From Candidatus Thorarchaeota archaeon (GTDB lineage Archaea; Asgardarchaeota; Thorarchaeia; Thorarchaeales; Thorarchaeaceae): a stretch of DNA of 64,000 nt. The DNA lies in assembly GCA_048882045.1 (NCBI GenBank), contig JBHLRZ010000004.1, positions 91,440-155,439 on the forward strand, written 5' to 3'. Under the pieces are notes generated by a model that searched no databases, was not told the origin of the DNA, and saw only the letters and a list, made by a program, of their open reading frames with translations. This document shows positions 18,343-27,569 of this stretch, one piece after another (position 1 is the first letter of the stretch; every line of letters starts with the position of its first letter). A program made the position numbers and the translations under genes.

Positions 18343-21197
18343 CCGGCTACATCAAGGTGCGAAAGGCTGAGGAACATAACCTCAAGTCAATCGATGTAGA
18401 CATTCCTCGAGATCGGCTTGTGGTTGTTACAGGACCCAGTGGTTCTGGAAAATCTACGCTTGTGTTTGATACCGTGTTCGCAGAGGGGCAGCGACGCTAT
18501 GTGGAGAGCTTGTCTTCCTATGCACGAAGGTTTCTTGGACGCCTCGACAAACCAAAGGTGGACAAGATCACTGGTCTTCCTCCAGCCATATCGATCGAAC
18601 AGAAAGGACGCACAAAGAACCCACGTAGCACAGTAGCAACGAGCACTGAGATCCAGGACTACCTTCGACTGCTATACGCCAATATTGGCATCGCACATTG
18701 TGTCCAGTGTAAGAAACCTATGGAACAGCTCACTGCTGAGTCAGCAGCCAGACTTCTTCTTGATGAGAATGGAGGACAAAGGATTCACATACTCGCCCCT
18801 GTCGTGAGGGGTGATACCGGGAATCACGAGGAGGAATTGGACGGTCTCTTCAAGAATGGATTCGCCAGAGTCCGAGTAGACAGTGAGATCCATGACATCG
18901 ACGGTCTCCACCTGGATGCTCGGAAGAAACACGATATCGAAGTTGTCGTTGACAGGCTCGAACTCAGTCAGAAGAATAGAGAGCGACTCATCGGGTCCCT
19001 GGAGACCGCACTTGAAACTGGAGAGGGAGCAGCCATCGTCGCTCGGGAAGGTATGCCTGACTTGCTCTTTGCAGAATCACTGATGTGTCCGAAGTGTGGA
19101 ATTCAATATGATAAACTGGGACCGAAGGCCTTCTCACATAACAGACCAGATGGAGCATGTCCCACATGTAATGGTCTTGGAGTGACAATGGCTGTCGACC
19201 CAGACTTAGTGATACCTGACAAAGACATGACTGTTCGAGAGATCAGTAAGAGAGTCAACAGAGCGGAGAAACCATGGTTCTTGAAGCGGCTCCAGAAATT
19301 GGGTGAACAGAAAGGCTTTACATTGGACACAAAATACAGGGACTTCACAAAGGCTCAGGTAGATGTGTTCATGTGGGGGAAGCCGAATGTCATGCTTCAA
19401 TATGTGATGGAGGGCGATGAGTCATATTGGGAAATAGAACGAAAATGGATAGGGCTCATTCCGTGGTTGGAACGACTCTTTGAAAACTCAAAGAGCAGCG
19501 ACAAACAGTGGTATCAGTGGTGGGCACGGAGAATTGCAAACGAGTTCTCTCGAAAGAGTACCTGTGTGTCCTGCAATGGTCGTCGTCTGAAACCTGAGAG
19601 TCTTGCAGTCACTGTTGGGGGTCGCTCTATTGATACTATCACTTCCATGACCATCGAACAGGCTGTTGAGTTTTTCAACACCATCGAGCTCTCAGAACGA
19701 GACCTCAAGATAGCACAGCTTGTCCTCAAAGAGATAAAGGCTCGACTGAAATTCTTGATCTCTGTAGGCCTCGAGTATCTCAATCTGGACAGAGCTAGTA
19801 TGACTCTCTCAGGAGGAGAGAGTCAGAGAATCAGACTCGCAACGCAGATCGGTTCTGCACTGACTGGAGTCCTCTATTGTCTTGATGAACCATCAATTGG
19901 TCTCCATCCGCGAGACATCAGTCGCCTCATCGATACGTTCTATCACCTTCGATCACTCGGGAACACCGTGGTCGTAATCGAGCATGACAGAGACACCATC
20001 ACGGCTGCAGACCATCTCATCGACTTGGGGCCGCTGGCGGGTCGACATGGTGGAGAAGTGGTAGCAGAAGGGTCTCCTAGAGAAGTTCTGACACACCCAA
20101 AGTCTCTGACTGCCCAGTACTTGGCTGGAGAGAAACAGATTCCCATCCCCGAAGAACGGCGTAAAGGAAACGGTCACAACATCACTATTCACAACGCACG
20201 TACGAACAATCTGAAGGGCATCACAGTCAGGTTCCCATTGAACAAGATGATCTGTGTGTCTGGAGTTTCGGGTGCTGGGAAGAGCTCCCTGACGTATGAT
20301 ACACTCTACAAGGCACTTGCTCGGGACATCAATGGAGCAAGCACAAGACCTGGTCCTTATGATTCAATAGATGGGATTGAAAATCTCGATAGGCTGGTCT
20401 TGGTAGATCAGTCACCGATAGGCCGGACACCCAGAAGCAACCCAGCAACCTACACGAAGACCTTCGGAGAGATTCGTGAGCTCTTCGCAAAGATGCCTGA
20501 GGCGAAGGCTCGCGGATTCAGTCCTGGACGATTCAGTTTCAACACACGCGAGGGTCGATGCGAGAAGTGCAAAGGCAGTGGAGTGCTTCGAGTTGAGATG
20601 CACTTCATGTCGGATGTGTTCATGACCTGCGATGTGTGTCACGGAGAACGATTCGACCGAGAGACCCTCGAGGTAAGTTACAAGGGGAAGAACATCACCG
20701 AGATCCTCGCGATGACCATAGATGAAGCTCTTGAGTTCTTTGCTGACATCCCGAAGATTGCAGACAAGCTCACTACACTTGTCGACGTAGGATTGGGCTA
20801 CCTCCAGTTGGGTCAACCAGCCACCCAGCTCAGTGGTGGAGAAGCACAGAGGATGAAGCTCGCATCAGAGCTCTCTCGGAAGGCAACTGGGAAGACATTG
20901 TATCTCTTGGACGAACCCACAACTGGGCTGTCCGCCTCTGATGTCCATGTCCTGCTCAGAGTGATTAATCGGTTAGTGGATGCAGGGAACACAGCCATCA
21001 TTGTGGAACACAATCTTGAGGTCGTCAAGACAGCAGACCATGTCATCGACTTAGGTCCGGAAGGTGGAGATGCTGGTGGTGAGGTGATCGCCGAGGGCAC
21101 TCCCGAAGAGATCTGTGAAGTCTGGAAGTCGTATACAGGGAACCACTTGCGTGATGCCCTCTTCGGCCCCAACGTTCGGCGGGGTCAACTGAACTAA
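18339..21197 (+). CDS. uvrA: Excinuclease ABC subunit A, copy 2 (divergent, full length)
   Basis: GPSGSGKS and GVSGAGKS, LSGGE twice, zinc modules, retained UvrB-binding domain, and a GTGA overlap with copy 1. Confidence 0.97.
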   Translation: MTGYIKVRKAEEHNLKSIDVDIPRDRLVVVTGPSGSGKSTLVFDTVFAEGQRRYVESLSSYARRFLGRLDKPKVDKITGLPPAISIEQKGRTKNPRSTVATSTEIQDYLRLLYANIGIAHCVQCKKPMEQLTAESAARLLLDENGGQRIHILAPVVRGDTGNHEEELDGLFKNGFARVRVDSEIHDIDGLHLDARKKHDIEVVVDRLELSQKNRERLIGSLETALETGEGAAIVAREGMPDLLFAESLMCPKCGIQYDKLGPKAFSHNRPDGACPTCNGLGVTMAVDPDLVIPDKDMTVREISKRVNRAEKPWFLKRLQKLGEQKGFTLDTKYRDFTKAQVDVFMWGKPNVMLQYVMEGDESYWEIERKWIGLIPWLERLFENSKSSDKQWYQWWARRIANEFSRKSTCVSCNGRRLKPESLAVTVGGRSIDTITSMTIEQAVEFFNTIELSERDLKIAQLVLKEIKARLKFLISVGLEYLNLDRASMTLSGGESQRIRLATQIGSALTGVLYCLDEPSIGLHPRDISRLIDTFYHLRSLGNTVVVIEHDRDTITAADHLIDLGPLAGRHGGEVVAEGSPREVLTHPKSLTAQYLAGEKQIPIPEERRKGNGHNITIHNARTNNLKGITVRFPLNKMICVSGVSGAGKSSLTYDTLYKALARDINGASTRPGPYDSIDGIENLDRLVLVDQSPIGRTPRSNPATYTKTFGEIRELFAKMPEAKARGFSPGRFSFNTREGRCEKCKGSGVLRVEMHFMSDVFMTCDVCHGERFDRETLEVSYKGKNITEILAMTIDEALEFFADIPKIADKLTTLVDVGLGYLQLGQPATQLSGGEAQRMKLASELSRKATGKTLYLLDEPTTGLSASDVHVLLRVINRLVDAGNTAIIVEHNLEVVKTADHVIDLGPEGGDAGGEVIAEGTPEEICEVWKSYTGNHLRDALFGPNVRRGQLN

Positions 21198-21209
21198 TAC
21201 ATGATCGGC

Positions 21210-21650
21210 TTAGTAAAGCTGGATGAACGTATAGACAAAGACAATCAGGAATATTATGACCATAACGGAGATCATGGCTCCCAGAGTCCTTGAGTAGTTC
21301 TTCGGGTCGAGCTGCCCCTCTTGGTCCATTTTCTTTGCCATCGGGTACAGTTTCCAATAGAAGGACATGATTGACATCATCAGTGCAAAAAGGACCCAGA
21401 CCTGGACCTGTTCGTTCGCAAAGATGAGGATCACAGTCAACATGGCCAAAAAGATCAACTTTGTACCAGCAACCCAGTTCACCAGATAGTTTGTAAAATT
21501 GTGTATCTCTGTGTCTTGCTTGGACTTCTCCCAGGCTGTGAAGACTCCTACACTATTGAACATCTTAGAATCCTTTCTGAAGTAAAGTGCGAGAACGTTC
21601 GCGAATTCAAGGAACATGAATGCAATTATCACAATTACAAGTAGACTCAT
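21210..21650 (-). CDS. 4-TM membrane protein of unknown function
   Basis: 146-aa ORF with four hydrophobic segments. Confidence 0.75.
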   Translation of the reverse strand: MSLLVIVIIAFMFLEFANVLALYFRKDSKMFNSVGVFTAWEKSKQDTEIHNFTNYLVNWVAGTKLIFLAMLTVILIFANEQVQVWVLFALMMSIMSFYWKLYPMAKKMDQEGQLDPKNYSRTLGAMISVMVIIFLIVFVYTFIQLY

Positions 21651-21950
21651 AGTGAAGGACTCGAATATTGCTCGATATATTATAACTGGTCATCAATGGA
21701 AATCAATGATTTTTCAAAAACCGCGCGTTCTGCGTTCGATTTATCGAGACGCGTCTCGCATAATGAGACCTCGCAGAAAATCAACTGCCACAAAATGCTC
21801 GGAAACACTTCCGAAATGCATTTTTCAGCAATAGACAAGTGAGGACATCATACACATATGGTATATTAACCACTCGCGAGAGACTTTTTCCTGGTTGTCC
21901 ATGTTTGGACCACCGTTCGCAGACGGCCGCCGGGAGGTCGACGCACACAC

Positions 21951-22466
21951 ATGATACGCAGAGATGAGTCAAACGACTCAACGCCAACATCGGCAATGAC
22001 TACAAAGAACACCAGCACGATATACGAAACTGACCTCAGAAGAAGACTAGCTACTTTTCCAAGGGACGTCCTTGCATGGTTTGCACTAGGGAAATATCTC
22101 CGTTCCGTTGGTAGACTGCAAGAGGCTGAGGAGTCACTACGAAAGGCAACCTCCCTCAATCCAGGTCCACTACCATTCTGGGAAGAGCTTGCTTTGACTC
22201 TTGTTGACCTTGGTCGGATTGACGAGGCTTATGCAATCTGCGACCAGAATCTGAGGAAGAAAGACGATACAATAGTGAAAAGACTAGAGGAGCTCAGGAA
22301 GCTGGAGCGGTCAGCAGGTGCGGACTATCCTGAAGAGACCTCTCCCTGTGTTGCGTGTCCTGAATACACATACTATGGTTGCTCTAGGGGATGTGAATGT
22401 GATGCGATTGTCAGATGGCGCTCAGCCATCTCTAATACACGCCCAACTTCGACTCATAGAACCTGA
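21951..22466 (+). CDS. TPR protein with Cys-rich C-terminus (start may be ATG 21996)
   Basis: AWFALGKYL...EAEESLRKATSLNP TPR motif, then CVACPEYTYYGCSRGCEC. Confidence 0.75.
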   Translation: MIRRDESNDSTPTSAMTTKNTSTIYETDLRRRLATFPRDVLAWFALGKYLRSVGRLQEAEESLRKATSLNPGPLPFWEELALTLVDLGRIDEAYAICDQNLRKKDDTIVKRLEELRKLERSAGADYPEETSPCVACPEYTYYGCSRGCECDAIVRWRSAISNTRPTSTHRT

Positions 22467-22549
22467 TGTAGCTCGGTTGTACCTTCCGAATCACTGATTT
22501 ATGGTATTCTTATCAAGACAATACTATACTGACTTGTGGAAGGAAACTG

Positions 22550-24361
22550 ATGTCGGATCTCAGAGCTCTCGTCCAAGACTTACCCGATGCACCTGGCGTG
22601 TATCTATGGAAGGACGAGAAAGGGAAAATCCTCTACATTGGCAAGGCAAAGTATTTGCGTCGAAGAGTCGGGTCCTACCTCCGAAAGACTGGACTCTACC
22701 GCAGATTGGGAGAGATGATGTTTCACGCTCGAGATCTCGAAACAATTGTGACTAACACTGAGCGCGAAGCGCTCGTTTTGGAACAGACGCTCATAAAGAA
22801 ACATCAACCTAGATACAATATTGCCCTCAAGGATGATCGACGTCACGCATGGATTAGAGTGGACTTGAAGAAACGGATTCCAACATTTGAGATTACTCGC
22901 GAAGCTGAGAAAGATGGAGCAACCTACTATGGTCCATATGGCAGCACAAAGAGGCTCGAACGCCTCATGGACACTATAAGAAAATCCATTCCGGTTGCTA
23001 TGTGTAGGGATCCTGAAAAGGTGAAACGTGCTTGCATGGACTACCACCTTGACAGATGCACTGGACCCTGCGAGGACCACATTGATCTACCTGAGTATAG
23101 GGAACTAGTTGAACAGATGAGCTATTATCTCGAGGGACGCCCGGATGATCTACGGAGGTCTCTAAAGAAGCAAATGGAGAATGCATCAGCTGCAATGGAG
23201 TTTGAGAAAGCAGCAGAGATGCGTGACCGTCTTACAGACCTTGAGGTTTTGATGAGTCGCCAAAAAGTAGTGCGTTTCGAAGGTGCAAACAGTGATATTC
23301 TTGGAATCTCGCGAACAGAGCAAGCAGCTCTGATCAATATGTTGATTGTACGAAACGGACGATTGATTGGAGTTGACAACTTCTATTTTGAGATTGATTT
23401 GGACACACCAGACTCTGAAGTAATTGAGGCTTTCATAGAGCAGTTCTACTTCACGATTCCACGTCTTCCGGATCAGATAATCATTCCCACAAAAATCTCT
23501 CAGATGAAGAACCTCAGCACTTGGCTGAGTGATGTAAATAGCCATCCAGTGAAAATTATGCTCCCCGATGATGATAGAACTTCTGAACTCGTAGAGATGG
23601 CTAAGAAGAATGCTCATCGAGCTCTTCGAAAGATGTTGATTCTTGGACACAGTGACGAAGAGATTGTGCATCCTGGTGTAAAGCATTTGAAGGAGGCTTT
23701 GGGTCTTGCAGTTGTTCCAATGCGCATCGAAGGCTTTGATATCGCCAACATACAAGGCACAGACCCAACAGGCTCGTGTGTTGTCTTCAAGAATGGAGAA
23801 CCATACAGCAAGCGTTACCGAATGTTCAAGGTTCGGATCAAGCAGACTCCTGACGATTATGCTATGATGCACGAAGTCGTCTATCGGAGATATTACGGAG
23901 TACTTGAGCGGAAGGATGTACTTCCGGATCTCATCCTCATTGATGGCGGAAAGGGACAGCTCAATGTCGCGTTGGAAGCATTATCCGAATTGGGACTTGA
24001 CTATGTTCCAGTCGTAGCGGTCGCAAAGCGTGAAGAAATCCTGTATACACGAGATGCTCCTGAAGGTATTGTACTCGATCTTGGATCCCAGGGACTTCAC
24101 CTGATTCAGAACATCCGAGACGAAGCTCACAGGTTTGCACAACGGTATCACCATAAACTCAGAGAAAAGAGATTCACAGGTTCTATACTAGAAGAAGCCC
24201 CTGGCATCGGTCCAAAGAGGAGGTCAGCACTACTTCAAGCTCTGGGTAGTTACGACAATGTGAAGAATGCTTCAGTGGAAGAGCTTGCAGCAGTTGAAGG
24301 GATGTCAGAAAAGACTGCAATGGCTCTAAGAGAATGGCTGGACCGAGATGATGCTGATTGA
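22550..24361 (+). CDS. uvrC: Excinuclease ABC subunit C
   Basis: GVY...YIGKA GIY-YIG domain, Cys cluster, UVR domain, EGFDIA and IDGGKGQ RNase H-like domain, and HhH GIGPKR. Confidence 0.97.
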   Translation: MSDLRALVQDLPDAPGVYLWKDEKGKILYIGKAKYLRRRVGSYLRKTGLYRRLGEMMFHARDLETIVTNTEREALVLEQTLIKKHQPRYNIALKDDRRHAWIRVDLKKRIPTFEITREAEKDGATYYGPYGSTKRLERLMDTIRKSIPVAMCRDPEKVKRACMDYHLDRCTGPCEDHIDLPEYRELVEQMSYYLEGRPDDLRRSLKKQMENASAAMEFEKAAEMRDRLTDLEVLMSRQKVVRFEGANSDILGISRTEQAALINMLIVRNGRLIGVDNFYFEIDLDTPDSEVIEAFIEQFYFTIPRLPDQIIIPTKISQMKNLSTWLSDVNSHPVKIMLPDDDRTSELVEMAKKNAHRALRKMLILGHSDEEIVHPGVKHLKEALGLAVVPMRIEGFDIANIQGTDPTGSCVVFKNGEPYSKRYRMFKVRIKQTPDDYAMMHEVVYRRYYGVLERKDVLPDLILIDGGKGQLNVALEALSELGLDYVPVVAVAKREEILYTRDAPEGIVLDLGSQGLHLIQNIRDEAHRFAQRYHHKLREKRFTGSILEEAPGIGPKRRSALLQALGSYDNVKNASVEELAAVEGMSEKTAMALREWLDRDDAD

Positions 24362-24416
24362 CCTCCGACAAACAGAAATACTGCCATTATTTCAAATTGT
24401 AAGTGAGTTGCATAAA

Positions 24417-24656
24417 ATGTCTGTGACCATATTCCTCGCTGTCAATGTTCAATCTGGCAAGGAACAAAAGGTTCAGGCGGCTCTCAAAAAGTTTAATGAG
24501 GTCACACTTGCTTGTGCAGTATCAGCAGGTCCATATGATGTTGTGGCATTGGTAGAGATTCCCTCATTAGAGGAGTACAAGGCATTTTCAATTGACAGAG
24601 TTAGTACTATACCCCACATCACTGATTATACATCATTCATTGTAATGGATCAATGA
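24417..24656 (+). CDS. Stand-alone Lrp/AsnC ligand-binding (RAM) domain protein
   Basis: VSAGPYDVVALVE...I..V..IPHITDYTSFIV; no HTH. Confidence 0.8.
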   Translation: MSVTIFLAVNVQSGKEQKVQAALKKFNEVTLACAVSAGPYDVVALVEIPSLEEYKAFSIDRVSTIPHITDYTSFIVMDQ

Positions 24657-26005
24657 CTTTCGTTGTTTCCATTCAGGACCTCAACATATGTCCTATTCCT
24701 ACTTCTTCCATAGATTAGATAGATGAAGAAACCAATCAGGGCTAGTATCCCACCGAGTTGCAGGACATTGACATTGAGTGAAGGGATGAGCAACAAGCAA
24801 ATTCCAACTCCAAGGACTGGAAAGAAGGGAAACAAGGGAGCTTTGAATGTACCAGGCACACTGAGTCCTCTCCTCCTCAGAATGATCACTGCAAAGTTGA
24901 CAATTGTCTGTGCAATAAGATATCCAAAGACAGAGAGCTGCGCCACCAATACTACGTCTGCGGACAGAGCGAACAGACTGACAAGAATGAGTACTAGAAT
25001 CAGGGCTGGTATTGGTGTCTTCACCTTTTTGTTGACACTTTCAAAGGATTTTGGTAGGAACCGGTCTCTTCCCATTGAATAGACGATTCTTGCTCCTGCA
25101 AGGAACGTGGCATTCAGAGCAGCATAATTGGACGCAGCCATACCAGCAAGACCGATGATGAGAGTTCCGGGTATCATAGCTTCAAACACATCTGCAATGG
25201 GAGTGAAGGTTTCTGCAACTTGCGCAAATGGGACAACTCCAACGATAACAAGTGATGCAGCCATGTAGATTCCTGTACCTATCGCTACGGTAAGGAATAT
25301 CGCTCGTGGTACGTTCTTTGCTGGCTCCTTGATCTCCTCTGATGCCGACGTCACAAGTTCGAATCCTACGAAGCTGATGTAGATGAACGAAACTGTAGCC
25401 ATGAAGGCTGGCAATCCTGCATTCTCAGCGAAGAAGGGAATTAGATTAGAAGGCTCGATGAAAATTAATCCAATGGCTACGAAAGAGAATAGGATGAGTG
25501 CTTGTGCGATATTCAGTATTCCGAGAACTCCTGAAACACTCTTGACACTCAATATATTGGTCACAAATGTGATTGCAATAATTACTAGTGCAATTGTCGC
25601 TACATATTGTGTTCCTTGAGGGATGAAGACAACAAGTGTGTGAGCGACAGCCATGGCATACAATCCACATGCTACTATGTTCCCAATCATCAGGAACCAC
25701 CCAGTCAGAAATGCTGGAAGCCCTCCCAGTGTATCATGAGCAAAGGTATATCCTCCGCCCTGCTTGGGTATTGAACTAGCAATCTCCGCATAATTGATTG
25801 CGGTAAACATAGCAAGAATTCCTGTGACAAGATATGCTATGAAGAGTGCTGGTCCAATTATTCCAGCAGCTGTTCCTGATATGACATAGATGCCGCCTCC
25901 AAGCATCGCTCCAAGCCCAATGTTAGTTGCTCCAACAAGACCCAGATGTCGACCAAACTTACCGCTTATCTTCTTCTTCTGGATAATTTCTTGCAATAGG
26001 GCCAC
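24650..26005 (-). CDS. APC-family amino acid permease
   Basis: GLGAMLGGGIY, YAE.AS.IP..GGGY, GFE....SEEIKEPAKNVPRAI and about 12 TM segments. Confidence 0.93.
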   Translation of the reverse strand: MALLQEIIQKKKISGKFGRHLGLVGATNIGLGAMLGGGIYVISGTAAGIIGPALFIAYLVTGILAMFTAINYAEIASSIPKQGGGYTFAHDTLGGLPAFLTGWFLMIGNIVACGLYAMAVAHTLVVFIPQGTQYVATIALVIIAITFVTNILSVKSVSGVLGILNIAQALILFSFVAIGLIFIEPSNLIPFFAENAGLPAFMATVSFIYISFVGFELVTSASEEIKEPAKNVPRAIFLTVAIGTGIYMAASLVIVGVVPFAQVAETFTPIADVFEAMIPGTLIIGLAGMAASNYAALNATFLAGARIVYSMGRDRFLPKSFESVNKKVKTPIPALILVLILVSLFALSADVVLVAQLSVFGYLIAQTIVNFAVIILRRRGLSVPGTFKAPLFPFFPVLGVGICLLLIPSLNVNVLQLGGILALIGFFIYLIYGRSRNRTYVEVLNGNNESH

Positions 26006-26159
26006 CGTGGAATATCGTTACAAAACTCCCGAGGAATTCGCTGGATGTTTTCCAGCTCCCCATTTTGATTGCCATTTGAAGCTTTTGACGACGGAAAAAA
26101 CGAAAGTTGTATAAAGTCGAATTACGTTAGGCAGATTTCATAGTTATGGAGGGATTATT

Positions 26160-26849
26160 GTGAAAAGGGAAGTAGTTTTGATATTACTGACATTTCTGTT
26201 GACGTTCATTTCCCCAATTGATGCTGTCTCTGACCAAGGGCTGGAATGGGGAATCAAAGAAGGAGTGAGGTATGAATACACACTCAATGTAACTGACAAC
26301 CGATTCGACAATGTTCTTTTAGATTGTCACTATATCCATAACTTCACTCTACCTCAAATCGAGAACGATGTGACTGCACTAAGGATGGTTTTGCTCAGAG
26401 TCCCATTCACCCTAACAAATGGGTCTTTGGTCCATCCATATAATGGAGATTTTGCATATGTTGCAATTGGAAACTGGAGTCATCTTACTTCGCTACTACC
26501 TGACTCTATATCCTTCTATACAGCGGCAAGCCCCAGTAATGGTTCATATGAGGTGATTGATACAGATTCATCTTGGGGATTTTTGTTTACATCAGATTAC
26601 GAAATCTGTGATGTTCCTATTGAGAAATGGGTACACGGGTGGATATTGCATCTTGAGTTCTCAAAGGTGGATGGCGTATTGGACTACTCTTTCTTTCAGT
26701 GGTTACTTCCTGACTCTGTTGCGGATGTGACAGTCGAGGTCATTAGGACAGATACGATTTATCCATCTAATCCAACTCTAATAATTGCAGGCGGAGCCAT
26801 TGTATCCATACTAATCATATCTGTGACATTCATGAGAAAACGGAAATAA
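26160..26849 (+). CDS. Secreted, membrane-anchored hypothetical protein
   Basis: Signal peptide, LEWGIKEG..YEY, DGVL, then C-terminal TM and RKRK. Confidence 0.75.
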   Translation: MKREVVLILLTFLLTFISPIDAVSDQGLEWGIKEGVRYEYTLNVTDNRFDNVLLDCHYIHNFTLPQIENDVTALRMVLLRVPFTLTNGSLVHPYNGDFAYVAIGNWSHLTSLLPDSISFYTAASPSNGSYEVIDTDSSWGFLFTSDYEICDVPIEKWVHGWILHLEFSKVDGVLDYSFFQWLLPDSVADVTVEVIRTDTIYPSNPTLIIAGGAIVSILIISVTFMRKRK

Positions 26850-26856
26850 CGGACAG

Positions 26857-26862
26857 TTTAAA
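26857..26862 (+). promoter_or_regulatory. TATA-box candidate for ferredoxin 1
   Basis: AGTTTAAATG lies 69 nt upstream of the ATG; the same sequence recurs upstream of ferredoxin 2. Confidence 0.55.
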
Positions 26863-26925
26863 TGTACATTAGCGGCGGTCTGCTTCGCCTGACAAGTAAG
26901 ATTGTCTGGTAACGATGTGATTCCA

Positions 26926-27105
26926 ATGATCTGGAAAGTCAATGATAACTGTACTGCATGTGGAACCTGTGCTGATGTTTGTCCAGTTGATCCTACTCTA
27001 TATGTGATCAACGACAAAGCTGTGTATCAGGTCGACCGTGCAGACGAGTGTACAGAGTGCTATGCTTGCGTCGATTCGTGCCCTGAAGGCGCGATTGAAG
27101 AATGA
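26926..27105 (+). CDS. Ferredoxin 1, 2[4Fe-4S] type
   Basis: CTACGTCADVCP and CTECYACVDSCP. ATG 26926 aligns with the start of the paralog. Confidence 0.93.
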   Translation: MIWKVNDNCTACGTCADVCPVDPTLYVINDKAVYQVDRADECTECYACVDSCPEGAIEE

Positions 27106-27208
27106 TAAGATAGAGCATCTTCTTCTATTCTATCAGTCGATTTTATGCTCCTCTTGAAGATTCCTACGGGAATGGGCGTTTCTAGTTTTTTTATCTATAA
27201 CCCTGAAG

Positions 27209-27214
27209 TTTAAA
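27209..27214 (+). promoter_or_regulatory. TATA-box candidate for ferredoxin 2
   Basis: AGTTTAAATG lies 71 nt upstream of the ATG. Confidence 0.55.
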
Positions 27215-27279
27215 TGCTGGAATGAGCCGCACCACAAATGCGGGACTCTATTTTGAGTCTTGAGAAGAAGTGATTCAGA

Positions 27280-27465
27280 ATGATTTGGAAGGTAACTGAC
27301 CTTTGTACAGGAGAAGGAACTTGTGCCGATGTCTGTCCTGTTGACCCAACACTGTTTGTGATTGAAGGCGGCAAAGCCATCTATCAGGTTGATCGTGCAG
27401 ACGAGTGTACAGAGTGCTATGCTTGCGTCGATTCGTGCCCTGAGGGTGCGCTTGAAGAAGGCTAA
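27280..27465 (+). CDS. Ferredoxin 2 (first motif CxxExxC, possibly 7Fe)
   Basis: CTGEGTCADVCP and CTECYACVDSCP. Confidence 0.93.
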   Translation: MIWKVTDLCTGEGTCADVCPVDPTLFVIEGGKAIYQVDRADECTECYACVDSCPEGALEEG

Positions 27466-27485
27466 AGCAGAACACAGGACCATAC

Positions 27486-27550
27486 TACCATTTCCTGATG
27501 TAGGGAAATGGTAAATCGACAAGGGAGTCCATAACATGGGCTCCCTGTCG
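27486..27550 (+). terminator. Double hairpin downstream of ferredoxin 2
   Basis: TACCATTTCC/GGAAATGGTA, then CGACA(A)GGGAGTCCAT-AAC-ATGGGCTCCCTGTCG, followed by a T-tract near 27565. Confidence 0.5.
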
Positions 27551-27569
27551 CTGACACTTCTCGGTTTTT

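Noticed and set aside
15454-21197. uvrA duplication as an assembly artefact
   Set aside because: The two copies differ extensively at protein and nucleotide level.
21728-21780. GTTCGA-containing cloverleaf-like sequence as a tRNA
   Set aside because: No T-stem closes the TTCGA loop, and the arm lengths and D-arm do not fit.
27486-27550. Hairpins as a SECIS element
   Set aside because: Neither ferredoxin has an internal UGA and no AUGA/GA core is present.
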